NCBI GenBank assembly: GCA_018398765.1
Contig: JAHBMJ010000035.1
Location: forward strand, 1 to 64,000
DNA: 64,000 bases
Source: Chromera velia
Lineage: Eukaryota
Direction of reading: 5' to 3'
Shown: positions 28,549-40,900 of the stretch, one piece after another
Position numbering within the stretch: position 1 is the first letter of the stretch
Layout: every line of letters begins with the position of its first letter
Position numbers and translations under genes: made by a program
Notes under the pieces: model-generated
The model's database searches: none
Seen by the model: the letters and a program-made list of their open reading frames with translations, nothing else
What the model was told of the DNA's origin: nothing

Positions 28549-31230
28549 ATGAAAGCGAACAAAGAAGGAATCTCGACTCGTCTGGTCCCCACTGACGTCC
28601 AAGTCGAGGCCGACCTTATCAGGACTGCACAGCTGGAGGCAGAAGGTCTGGCTGTCCTCAAAGGGCTCACCGAACATGCAGACCTCCACGGGGAGTTCCC
28701 TGCAGAAGTCAATCTCGCAGGTCTGAAGATCCCACCCCTTCCACGTCGTGCCTTCCTTGAACGTCTCGAGAAGGACGGGGGAGTGAAGACCCTGAACCTC
28801 TCCCAGATGGGAATGGACAATGGGGACGGGATTTACATCTCGAAGGCGCTGAAGGCGAATAAGACCATTTCAAGTCTTGACCTCAGCAGCAACAAATTCG
28901 GTACCTACACTGCGAGCATTCTGGGGGAATCCCTCTCAGTGAATGAAACCCTCGAGCGTCTTGACCTTTCAGACAACCCTCGCCTGACCGACGGGGGTTC
29001 GTGTGACACTGGGAACACGCAGAACGGAATCGAAAAGTTTGCGGAGGGCCTGGGAGACAATCAGAGTCTGAAGTGGCTGGACATGTCTTTTGATGGTGTA
29101 GACGCGCTCGGGGGGCAACATCTGGTGGAAGCGCTCCGAAAGCGCCGTCAGGCTCTGGACATCTTTGCGGAGCCAGGAAATCATCTGACAAATCAGCAAG
29201 TCAACGTCTTAGCATCTTTCCGCATTGAGAAGGGAGATGGTGGAATTGGAGCGTTGATTGACCGTTTCGATGTGTCTGCAGTTCTCAAACAGAAGAAGAA
29301 AGATACGGAGAAAGCAGAGGCAGAGAAAAAACAGAACGAGAAGGAGGAGAAGGAAAATGCAGCCAAGGCAAAAGCACTTCCCCAGAGTGCCCCAAAAGAA
29401 GGGGAAGATTCTTCTTCATCTCCTGCAGACCCTCCAGCAGCAGCGACAGATCAACCTGGAGATGCGGAAGGAGAACAGACAGAGGGCGGAGAGCAAAGGA
29501 CAGAAGAAGCTGACAAGGCAGACGAAACGGTTGGTCGAGAAAACATAAGCAGGCAATGAATAGAGCTTAGAACATGAAAATACAAAGGAAAAATCTTCCT
29601 TCTTTCTGCCTACACCCTTTCCCTTCCCGCGCGCTCTCTCCCGTTCCTTCCTTCCCTGCCACCCCCCCCTGGATCTTCTTCTCTTCCTTCATCTCTTGCA
29701 TGATCGCGGGATCCCTTTCCGATACTTGCGCGCTTCTCCCCATCTCCCAATCTCTCTGTTTCATCTGAGGATGTGTCCTCTCTTCTTCTCTCTCCCCGCT
29801 CTCTGTCAATTCCAGCAAAGGGAACAGATGGTGACCCTGAGTGCCCACCTTCAATCCATCCATCGGTCGATGCATGCAGGACATGGAGAAGGTGAAGAGA
29901 AGTGTCGACAAAATGTTCGCACTGCCAGAATGGAAAGCGATGCTGGAGAGAGGGTTCCAACACTACGACATTGACGGGTAGGTTGGCAATCCGATTTCTT
30001 TACTAGCTTTTTGCCTTCCTTTCTTCCCCCGATTCCTTGATACTCTTATCCCCGGTTTCCTTGTATTCCGGTGTTTGTTTCTCAGCACTCCGCTCAGTCT
30101 GCCTATATGCTTGCCTGCCTGTTTCTCCATCTGTCCGTCTTTCCAGCTATCTGTCTGTCTTTTTGTCTGTCTACTTGTCTCTTCATCTATTCATCCATCT
30201 TTCCATCTGTCCATCAATCTTTGTCATCATTGGCGCTTTCGAGAGTTGACCTGTATCCCTCCTAAGTCGTCACCACCTTTCTTCTCTGTTCTTCTTCTGC
30301 CTCCCGTCCATCCATTTTGCACCCACTCCCTCTCCGTCCTTTAGACAGTCCTTTCTCTTGGCCCCAGCCTTCCTTCCCACTTCTCTCTGTATCGCTCTCT
30401 TCCCCGTGCTCTCTCTGTGCCGTTGTCTGTGTCGTATACATGAAAATTTAAAATAATAAACGAAGATAGGCGAAGTTGCCTTTGTGTTGCTCTGTTGGAT
30501 CCGTTCGTGTCACTCTCGTCAATATCTTTGGTTTCATTTGCTGACTGGCTGGCTCACTGACTGACTGACTGACTGACTGACTGACTGGCTGGCTGACTGA
30601 CTGACTGACTGACTGACTGACTGACTGACTGACTGACTGACTGCAGTTCCGGTCAAATGGACACGAAAGAGATGAAAAAAGCCATGGCGACTCTCCAAAA
30701 AGGAATCGTGAATGACTACTTCCCCGAAGTCAAACTGCCCCCCGTGGACGACGAACGTCAGTCGTTAGGCAGCGGTAAGGACGCAGTGGGTCTTCTTTCT
30801 TCTCTGGCCTTTTCTTCTCTCTCTCCTTTCTTCTCCGGACTGAAGTCTGCTTTACTCGCTTGTGGTATTCCACACCGTCGACGCGTATGGCTGCGTCTGC
30901 TCTTTGTGTCTGCTTGCAGTGGTGGAAAAGAGCATGAAGGTCTTTGATGCGAACGAGAACGGCACTCTCTCGCTGACCGAATATGCGGCGTTCTCCGATT
31001 CCTACCTTGGCGGGTTGATCGTCAAGGGAGCAGAGGAGTACGAAAAGGCCGAAAAGAGTTTGGGGCCTGTCATAGAGAAGATCGTTCTCCGGACGTCCCA
31101 ACTTCAGGCAGCCACGAAGACGCAGAAGGCAGCAGAAGCAGAGGCAAAGCGTGAAGGGGGTAGTGCCTCCAGACCGAACCCGAACTCCAAAAAGGAGCCA
31201 AAGCAACCAAAGAAAAAGCCTGAAGAGTAA
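28549..31230 (+). CDS. RNI-like leucine-rich-repeat protein fused to a C-terminal EF-hand pair (4 exons)
   Basis: Exon 1, 28549-29529, has LRRs (VKTLNLSQMGM, ISSLDLSSNKFG, LERLDLSDN, LKWLDMSFDGV). Phase-compatible exons 29880-29977, 30647-30756 and 30920-31230 give EF loops DIDG|SGQMDTKE and DANENGTLSLTE. There is no intergenic AT block between the two parts. Confidence 0.75.
30541..30646. repeat. (CTGA)n microsatellite abutting a splice acceptor
   Basis: ...ctgactgactgactgCAG|exon starting at 30647. Confidence 0.9.
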
Positions 31231-31499
31231 AGCGTGGACGAAGGAACCGGTCGCTTTGAACTGTCCGAGAAAGACGGTTTAAACTCGGATCGGAACCTCC
31301 TCTATACACATATGAGAGAGCTGACCGAAAGGTGGCAGGCAAAAAGGATCACACTGGGAATGAAGTACACCCAAGCCGCTATATTGAGCTACTAGATAAG
31401 TGCATCATGATGCCATCATCTTCATCATCATCTAGATTATGGATCATAACTCCTATAAGCTACTACAGTCCTGGGCGTTGGACAATAAGAAAAAAATAG

Positions 31500-32250
31500 G
31501 TCTGCGGTGCATGCTTCTCTTTTAAAATCCGAGTCAAAAGATAAGTCTAAAGATAAGTTCAAATCTAGGTTCAAATCAATTTTTACTCTATAGTTTTTAC
31601 AGTATTAAATTAATTTTACTGTAGCTTTCGTAACATTATTGCTAAATAGTGTTAAATAAACTAGTGAATAAAATGTTTGATATACAGAATACCTTCTTAG
31701 ATATCTTAATACTATAGATTCGTATAGAATTAAGTGTCTAGTATTCATTATAGTATTGAGTAAATTGTTAAACAAAATAATCGTCTGAGTCACGGTCTGG
31801 TAAAATTCCTAGCAAAATTCATCGAATACTATTCACCAAATTTGAATGAACCTGCAATGTTATATTGCTACTACCGTAACTGTATGAAGCTAATAATATT
31901 TCAAGCGATAAAGCCTATAATACTTGTACTACTACTGTATGGCAGTGTATGCAGGACGTATTTTATAAGTATTCTATAAAACTTCACATAATATTATATA
32001 TAATGAAATATCTTCATATATGATCGAATTTTTATTTAATATTTAACAATATTTAACTAAAATCTACATGGACTAAACTAGGCACTGATTAAATTTCATT
32101 TGAATTGAAGTTTGATACTTGCAAAGCTTGAAAATTTAACTATAGATTTCAATAAAAATTTCTGGTAAGTCAAAAACTGTTTGTCTCAGGCTTAACTTTG
32201 TTAGCATTAAGCCTTTTATGTTGTATTTGATTCGTTTTTTCTGTAAGTTT
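31500..32250. other. AT-rich intergenic block
   Basis: AT-rich, downstream of the stop at 31230. Confidence 0.7.
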
Positions 32251-32682
32251 GTCCATACACACAGGCGCCTGTTGTATCTAACACGGTGAGGCAAAGTGAA
32301 TCAGTGATACAGGGCTAATCACACGACCTAGCGTCCGACACGCAAGCACACTGGCAAAGGGTCATATCCTTTTTCCCCGCTCACTTTAGCGTTCATTCCA
32401 TCTTGTCACACTATTTCCTTTCCGTTTGCATCCATACCTCACAAGCTTGAATCTCAACGCCGCCTCGGACACAGCGCTCTGAGTCTCAATTAACATGAGT
32501 CAAAGTCTCCCCTCATACCGCACGGTCGGCCAATCTAGAGTGTTCCGTTTGGCCTCTGACATACTCCTTTATTGTCCTCTCTGCTATTTATCTCCATTCA
32601 TCCTCGTCAGGCTCTGCCCAGAGACCATTGCAGTCTGGATTCACGTGCAAGCCGACTCTACCCCTCTCTCCCTCCCCCACAC

Positions 32683-34535
32683 TTATTGATTTGGAATTTC
32701 CAGAGTGTCTAAAGGAAAGGTGAAGGTCTGCGCCTTCCCGTTCCCCTCCGAGTCTTCGGCTGTGCGGTCATCTTCTTCCTCGACGCTGCTGATGCCCACC
32801 CTGCACAAAGGAGAAGTGAGGCAGCAAAGAGGATGCCTGGATGCGTCGAAGAAATCAACTTCCTGTACAAAAGATGATGGTTATAGGGAACAACACAGAT
32901 GCCTGCTTCCACGAAAATGGCCTGTTTAGAGCACAGAAGTCAAAGGAGGGAAGTCCGAGGATACCTTTTTTGAATCAAAGGACTTCCGATTTTGGGAATG
33001 TCTGCTGAAAACACGCGTTCGACTAAGAACCACAAAAGCGGGCTCTTGACCTTGACCGTTCTTTTTGGGTACCACTGCGGAGCATCCCCCCCTATGCACC
33101 CCCCATCTGCGCTCTATGTTTGGGCGAACTTGATTCTAGCCTTCTTAATTGCCTGACCCCCCTGTCCGAAAAACCGATTCCCTCCACCCTCCCAGCTCTC
33201 TCTATGCGGCTTTCTACTTCCCGTGTCTCTGTAGCACTGTGCACTTGCAACCAATCGTTTTGTCAACAGCCAGCCTCTATCCGTCTTTATCTGATTCTCT
33301 TTGTCACCATGGAGCTGGGGTACTTGTATTCATGACCTTCCTGCTGTCTTCGAGCTTCTCTATATGTAACAGTGCTTGAGAAGCACACTCATCTGTCTTT
33401 CCGCTCTTTTCTTCTTCTCCTTGTGAGTGTGCTTGAAAGCAGCATGTGTCATGTCCCTTCCCTTCCCTTCTCCCCTGTTCTTTTCTATATCTCTCATATA
33501 CACTTTTCCCTTCTGTGATGCTTTCCCTTTCCCATCATTCTCACACTGCCTACACTTGTGTGCCGTCACCCCTTCCCACTCGTCTCCATGTCTCTGGCTT
33601 GTTTTATTTTTCGGCAGCCTGACAGCAAGCATCAATTCCTTTGACTCTTCTTTTTTTGCCGGAAACTAAAACTGCCCAGCCTTGGATGATCTGTGCATCT
33701 GTCTTTTGTGCTCTATGCTCTACCCTGTGGTGATTTTCTTTTTTGATACATGTACTCAACTTCCCCCCCTCCGATGGCCCCCTGTCTTGCCTCGATCAGC
33801 TCTCGATCAGGGAAAGGGACGTGAGACACGAGCACAACGGCGGACAGGCTCCTTCCCCACCTCTGCCTCGTAGGGACGCAATACAGACGTCAGAAGGGAA
33901 GCCTGAAAGAGGGCGCCTCAGGGACAAAAGACCTGGAACAAATCACTTGGCGGAAGGCCAACAGACACACTAGAGGAGAGGGGGAAGGATTGGAACAAAT
34001 CACTTGGCGGACGGTCAACGGACATACCGACAAGGAGACAGCAAAAAAACAAACAGAAGGGAACAAGGCACTTAATTCAAGTTGGCGGAAGGCCAAAGGA
34101 CAGATCGGCACACGGGATGGAGGCGCCCAAGGGACGAATAGATTAGAATGAGGGAGAAGGCGGAAGGCCCACGAACTCATGGAGGGGATGAGTGACAGCG
34201 AGGGAGGGTCGAGAGCGAGAGCAATCAACCAACACAGAGCCAAGAGCGTCTGGGTGACGACGGTCTCTTGGGACGTTTCACTTCCAATCTTTCTCTGTGT
34301 CGGTCGGAAGAACGGACTTTCTAAGATCGAGCACCTGGTCGAGTATTTATAAGAAGTTGAACCTGGTCTGAAAGCTAAAAAAACATCACCGGAATGCAAA
34401 CCTTGTACTTGGGGATGAGGCACCTCACCTGGCCCTTTTAGAAGTCCTCTTGCCATCATCCCCTTCTTCGTCTCCTTCTACACCCTGAGCTTCACCTCCT
34501 TCCTGTTCGTGTCGCGCCCTGGTGGAGATTGTCTG
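32683..34535 (-). CDS. Possible small multi-exon hypothetical gene, or a degenerate gene
   Basis: Exon-like pieces behind acceptors: ttctgcag|TISTRARHEQEGGEAQGVEGDEEGDDGKRTSKRA and tgtgcag|VGISSVEEEDDRTAEDSEGNGKAQTFTFPLDTLEIPNQ*. I could not assemble a full exon chain. Confidence 0.3.
33934..34176. repeat. Degenerate direct-repeat array, 4 copies with unique spacers
   Basis: tggaacaaatcacttggcggaaggccaacagaca (33934), tggaacaaatcacttggcggacggtcaacggaca (33991), ttggcggaaggccaaaggaca (about 34082), ggcggaaggcccacgaac (about 34159). Confidence 0.75.
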
Positions 34536-35097
34536 CAGAAAGCAAGGAAAGGACCCAAATCAACAATGCCCCCGATTTCTATGAACGCAATCATCAGTCA
34601 CCTTGCTGAATTGAAGTAATCAACGCTCTGCACCTTAATTATCAACTTTGCAAAGAAGAGCTCGGGCACAGCAGAGAATATGGTGAGCTGGACGTGTAAG
34701 AATAGATGAGCACATGGTGCAGCATGGACTGCACGTGTGATCCCGTTCAGGATAACAATCGGGCGGGTAACATGCCGGAAAACCGACCGGGTGCTGGCGG
34801 GGTCGACCCCGCCGTCATGGGGTCATAAATTTCAATCAGGGGGGGGTCAGAAAGGCCATATGATTGCACAAGACACCACCAACGGGCAGCCAGGCAGGCA
34901 GAGAATCAGACAAAGTTGTCTGCGGAACCACAGCACACCGAAGAGGGTGAAGGATGGGACAGTTGAGGTCCAAACGGAGTAATTGAGACCGTCAGTAACC
35001 TCAAGCAGAATGGTGCGGGCGCGTATGCTTCTCTACGGTGGTCCCCCCGGGAAAAGAAGCGCTATTCAGATTACATTGAACCTGCGCACAAAAAAGT

Positions 35098-36702
35098 CTA
35101 CGAAGGGACTGCAGTGTGCAAAGCAGGTGTTTGGAAAGTTGCGTTGTCAATCGGGGTGCCTCCTCTGTGCAGTCTACCTGTGAGAAGGTATAGAGCTGCA
35201 TCGTGGAGGGAGCGGGGACAGGCCATGTTGAACCGCCAAAACAGTCGCTGACGTGTCTTGGAGGCGATTTTGTCAACGAGGGCCTCAGAGAAATGAAGGC
35301 GGAAAAACATCACCCCTTCACCAAGGTCAGACCTACACAATCCAAGTTGGGCAAAATCTACGCTTGAGAATAAGTAGAAATAATCTGTCGAGGTTGGTTG
35401 AGGAGGTCCGACAAGAAAAAAGTCAAATTCCCCAACATCATATGCCACTGCTTTACCGCCAAGTACCCGTTTGCTACTCACCGAAGCTTCCAGGCGCGAG
35501 GCACACCAGCACCTCCCCCGGTAGGATGTCTTCACCTGAATTCTGAGCGGTCTGAATTGATTGGAGGAGGGCAATCGTAGAGTGAGGTCGTACGAACCAA
35601 GGGGGTCTTCCGCAAGTGACGTTTTGAGTCCGGCCGCGGCAAACAGGGGCTGGAACCAACGGAGTGTGATGGCCTCTGTTTTATGTGTGGGGGAAAGCTG
35701 ATTTTCAAGCTCTTCCAGAGTGTACAGGCGGACTCCAGCTGCGGAACTCCCGCTTAAAGCCTCGTTGTAATGCTGGAGAAATTTTTCCCAGAGAAGCATT
35801 TCCCCCCTGTCGTTCCTGTCCCAACTACATCGAAAGTCTTCCGTATCATACCTCCCTCCGGGGGTGATTGGGATCACGCCACAATTCGGAAAAGGAAAGG
35901 ATCCTGGGAATATCCACACACCGTCCGGCATATCAGCTGACAAACCAATACCGCTCTGCAGAGCAACGCACGTGACCACCATGCCCACATACCCTCTGTT
36001 CAATCCCTGGAAGCGCCAGTGGCTTCCTATGCAAGCTGTCGATTTCACCTGCACAGCTAGCCACGGGCCATTTTGGAAGCCCCTGGGTCGGATCGCCATG
36101 TCAGCTTTTGCCTTATCAGGCAGCGCGTGTTCAGGCTCTTCGAACCAAGGTTTGATCGCCTGCCGGATGCGCTCTTTTGCGCGATCTTCCACACTCAATG
36201 CGTGCGCCCACCGCGTGATTGGTCCTTTAGAGTTTCTGCTTCTTCCTTCATTGCCAGCAGCGTTCAAGGGGCCTTTGGGGGATTCGACCAATTTCTTTGG
36301 TGACGAAAAGGAGCGCCTGGTCTGGTTCGGGCTGAAGGGGATTTATGCCGCCAGCTGATGTGGCTTCAGCACAGGTTGCAGGCAGAGCGCTGGAAAGGAC
36401 GTCTGCATCTCTTGAAAACCTCTGAAGGGACATCGTCTCCCCTCCTCTATAACATGGAGCTTCCTACCCCCCATCCCCGCTTTCTCGTTAATTTCCACCC
36501 TTCTGTCATCTGCCACAAACATTTTTGGCTGAAAAACCATACCAAGCAAACGGCTTTGGGTGGCAGCGCGGGGATTTTGAGAAGAAAACCAGCTCTGCGA
36601 CAAGCGGCCACAGAAGATTGAACAAAAGCTTCTGGGGGCAGTGTGAGAGCGTAACGTTCGAAACAACACATTGCGTTCGAGCCTGAATAATGCCTTTGCC
36701 AT
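35098..36702 (-). CDS. Tandem PD-(D/E)XK nuclease with two PDDEXK_5/I-Ssp6803I-like domains and an organellar-presequence-like leader; one in-frame TAA at 36345-36343
   Basis: Domain 1: EDRA...KADMAIRP...WLAVQVKST. Domain 2: EAITLRW...GSYDLTL...LRIQVKTS...YDVGEFDFFLV. The same frame continues upstream across a single TAA to ATG 36702 (MAKALFRLERNVLFRTLRSHTAPRSFCS...). Confidence 0.75.
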
Positions 36703-37089
36703 TGCGCTCCGTTCGAGTGAAGGATCGGACGGCAGCAAATATTGAAACAGAGGCTGCTCGCAACTAAAAGCGTAGATGGGTCTTACTGGAATCAGATTCT
36801 CTGGTCCGGAAGCGAGTTCGAAAGCAGCGTGGTCAGTGTGAGGTACTCGTCTCCATGTTGAGGCAGCACTATAGCACGGCTGGATACCCCTGCATGGAAA
36901 CGTAATATATCGTCTGACTCAAAAGGACTGTGTACACATACTAATTGAGGCCATTCATCCTCTTCATAGAGATCTGGGTATAGCATATCTGTCTGACGGC
37001 CCTGTCAGTTGCCGCCAAAACTCGTGTTTCGATATGTTTCAATCGTGCAATCGTAAGTCGATCGACAGTTGGTGATCGCGTAGACGGGT

Positions 37090-37113
37090 GTGCATGCATG
37101 TGCATGCATGCAT
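37090..37113. promoter_or_regulatory. TGCATGCA cluster upstream of the nuclease gene
   Basis: gtgcatgcatgtgcatgcatgcatg, about 400 nt upstream of ATG 36702. Confidence 0.4.
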
Positions 37114-37429
37114 GGCTATCTGAAATCAGCCAGCGTCAGCCAGCTGCATCATAGCTGAATCTCGTCTGTCTGAGTGCGTACGGGCCCTGCATATGACCCT
37201 GGAAAGCGTAGCGTGGGGCACTTAAAAAAATTGTAGCTACTTGAGGCTATTTGTACTAGAACTGTCAGGATGGCTCGAAATTCATGCCATAAACGCGCAT
37301 ACGACCTCGTCCTTGACGTGAGACGGTATTTCTCGGAGAGTCGGAGTGTATTGGAGTGTTCTGGACTAAGAACCTAAAATCGGAATATGTTTTGCAGAGT
37401 ATGTTTTACGGAGTATTTCCATAGTTATC

Positions 37430-37720
37430 CATAGTAAAAAAAAAACTTAGTCTTCAATTAAAATAAATTAGAAAACATCGTTAGAATGACTTATAATGAT
37501 TTTGCTATACTTAGATGTTAAATACTGTTAAAAAAACTAGTCTGATAACAAGGTATAACAAGGTGACTTGATCATAGAAATACATATAGAATAACATAGA
37601 ATTGAACAGTAAGTTAAATAAATTCATCAAATTGACAAACTTAAATTAAATTGTATTAATTGTGTCTTGAGACAATGAGGTCACTGTTAGGAAAATAGTA
37701 CTGAAAATACCGAATTAAGA
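37430..37720. other. AT-rich block downstream of the SCAPER 3' end
   Basis: AT-rich and ORF-free. Confidence 0.65.
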
Positions 37721-37975
37721 ATTCCTTCATGAGCGTATACAAAGCAGAAGGACGAAGAACAAAAGGGCAGACGAATCTAGAGACAAAGTAACGTTCAAAC
37801 TTTTCGCAACCTTGTCAAACACCAGAGATCAGACTTTTCTCTACAAAGACCAGCCACCCTTCAACAAAGTGTTCGGTCGTCCCCCCCATTCCCTTAATTC
37901 CGTCACCAAGTGTAGGCAGACTGTCCACAAAACAAATTGATGCACCTGTAGTCACTGCACTAATCTGGTTTTCAC

Positions 37976-40900
37976 TTAAGTCTCTTTCTCACCCGATTTA
38001 TCTTTCTCCCCCTTTTCGACTGATCCCGATCCCCCCCCACTTGCGCTCTGCCCTCCCAAAGAAGGGTTGGTGCCTGCAGAAGCGCCAACCGCGCTTCCGC
38101 CCGCTCCCGCAGCGGTTGACGCAGATACTGCAGTTGCGCGTCTCGCCGCGCCAGCAGTCTTCCCCCCCCCCACGCCGGATGAGACTTGAGAAACCTGCGA
38201 TGGCAGCGAGACAGCGGCACTCGACGGCCCTCCTCCAGCTGCTGTTGGGGACGCGCAAGGCGGAGAGGGAGCAGATGCAGAACCCCCAATCGTGGCGCTT
38301 GTCGAAGTCGGAGCAGGTGCTGGTGCGGGCGTAGAGTCCTTCTCTCCGTCTGAGAAGAAAACGATCGCCTCAGGAAGACAGGAGACAGGGAAACGAAAAC
38401 TGAAGGACTGGAAGAGCAAAGTGCCAGAAGGCAAAGACGCGACTGCCTGCTGTCCCCTGTCTTCCTGCCCTCCTCCCGCCGTCTCCCCGGCAGAAGTACC
38501 AGCGGCAGAGGAGGAAGAAGCTGGGGTAGCAGAGACAGTGGCCTGACGATGCGTCTGCTGTTTGTGAGAGAAGGAGCCCCCACTGGGTGACGACGCAGCT
38601 GCTGCAGTCATGTGTCTGTCACACGCGGGAGTTGCAGGTTTCTCTTTTTCTTTCCGTGCATGCCCTTCTCCTGTGACTGCCCTACCACTCCCCACTTGTC
38701 CCCTCTCCTTTTCCTCACTTCCCGTCACCTGGGTGACGCTGCCTCTGAGCCCTCCCTCATGTTCCATGTCTTCTTTTTGCCTCTCCTTCTCCTTTCCGGC
38801 CAGGTACTTTCGGATGGGGAGGATGGAGAGCTCCGAGGAGAGCACCTTCAAGTTCTCAGGGTTTCGGAACGTTGAGGCGATCAGGGTGGGAAACAGAACC
38901 TGAAAAGGAAGGAACAGAGGGGCGTACAGACATACAGACAGAGAAGGGATACGCATGTGATTATGTACACAACTTGACTTACATTCTTGCTGACACACAT
39001 AGTCGGGGGACGGAACGCTCGAGGAGGGAATGAGAACGAGAGTGGAGGGGCTGACGTCCAAAAACCCATGATGGATGTCCAAATGCGGACAGATTGCTTG
39101 GTCAACAGAATGCGACGGAGAAAAGGAAGCGGCAAAGTTGAGAAGGAGAAAACAAAAGGAGGCAGGAGCGAAGCAGAAACAAAAATGGTGTAAACCAACA
39201 ATCCCCTCTCCTACGACCATGACACCCACCTCCTTCAATTTCTCGTCAACGAAATAGTTCATCGGGAGGGATGCCAAGCGTGAGAGGAGGTTCTGCAATG
39301 AAGATAAATGATACAAGTCGTGCAAGGTAAGAAGGAAGAAAGAGCGAAGTGCGACGACCCGCAACGCAGGAGAGACGAGTGCGAGTCAATTCAAAGACAA
39401 AGAAACAGAGAGAAAAAAGAATCACTCACAAGCCCCGTCTTGAGGCGAAATTAAATCAATTGCAAACATAAGAAACAAAGTGACTCACCTGCCCGCTGCC
39501 CACTCTCATGATCGTTTGCCCCTCTGGATTGTCCAGGCAGAAATGTCCCAACAGGAACACAACGTCATGGAGGATGTCCCTGCACACAACACAAAACAAT
39601 AAACAACACGAAGAAAGAGCCTGTATGCAAGACTGGCATGAGAACTATGTACGAAAAGGAGGTACAGACACAGGAAGGAAATAATAGACGCAGAAAGAAA
39701 AAAGGCTGGAGGGAGGGAGGCATCTCTGTTCCTTTTCCTCACCTCCATTCCCTCAATCCAATTCACTCCCTGCTCACTTCACTTCACTTGCAGTCTGCCT
39801 GCCTGCCTGCCTACCTGCAGTCCTCTTGGTGGTCCAGTCGGGGAGTGCAGTAGTCGAGAAGGTAGGCTGCCAGGTGCACAAGCTCGTTGGACTGTCGGCC
39901 GAGGACTCTCTGCGAAGGAGAGGAGAAAAGAAGAAAATTAGGTGATCGAACAGAGAGGAGGAAGTCGAGAGAGAGCAGAACGCACTCACTCGGCTTAGTC
40001 TCCGCGAGAAAGAAATGGGGCAAAGGGGGGCAGAAAGAAAAAAATCCAGAAGTGACTATTAGAACGAGTCCGCCCTCCACGCACAAGCCTCTACCGATCG
40101 ATAGTTTCTAGCCTCCTCTCACACACTCACCTACCTGCATAGACCGAAGTTGCAGCCTGGCCGCATGGTTGATCACCCTCACGACAGCCGCGCAGACCAG
40201 CAGAGACGCCTGGGGGACTCGGGGGGGCAGCACGGCCCTCGGAGGACCGTCAAATAACAGCAGAGAGGCCTGCAGACATGCATACAGAATTCTTTAGAAA
40301 TAAACGTCAAACAACAGCAGGGAGGCCTGCAGGCAGGGAGGGAGGCAGACACGGGGACACAAAGGGCGGGCAGCCAGAAAAGAGACAAAGAAAGAGCAGG
40401 AGTGCAATGGATGGATCAGGAGACAAGACAAGACAACAAAAACTGAGTGAAAGACCTGGAAGGAAGCGTCAGTGGATGAAGACTGAAAGGAAGGACAAAG
40501 AAAGACAAGATCCCTGAGGATTCAATAAGGCCGGGCAAAATCAAGATCACTGGCTGACTGACAGACAGACTGACCATCAGAGTGACGCCCCCAAAAAGGG
40601 CGGTGTCCTCGAAGATCCTGCTCAGGGCAGCAATGGCCAGCTCCTCTCGACTCACAGAGACCTGAAGAGGGGGGGACTTGACCGAAACCGCCCCTGCCGC
40701 CGCCGCCTTTGCTCCTCTAGTGGAAGAGAAGGAAGAGGCACCAGGAGGGCCAGTGACATGGCGAGGGGATGTGGCGCCGCCCCCGACCCCGGTGGTCCCC
40801 CTCGTGCGGAAGGAGGCGCCCCCTCCCCCCCCGCCGCCTCCGCCCCGTTTCGCCCTGGCTGCCTCTGTGCCTCCCTTTTCCTTCTCCCCCCTTTTCTTCT

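Noticed and set aside
33934..34176. CRISPR array call
   Set aside because: Eukaryotic context, no cas genes, and repeats and spacers vary in length; kept only as a repeat finding
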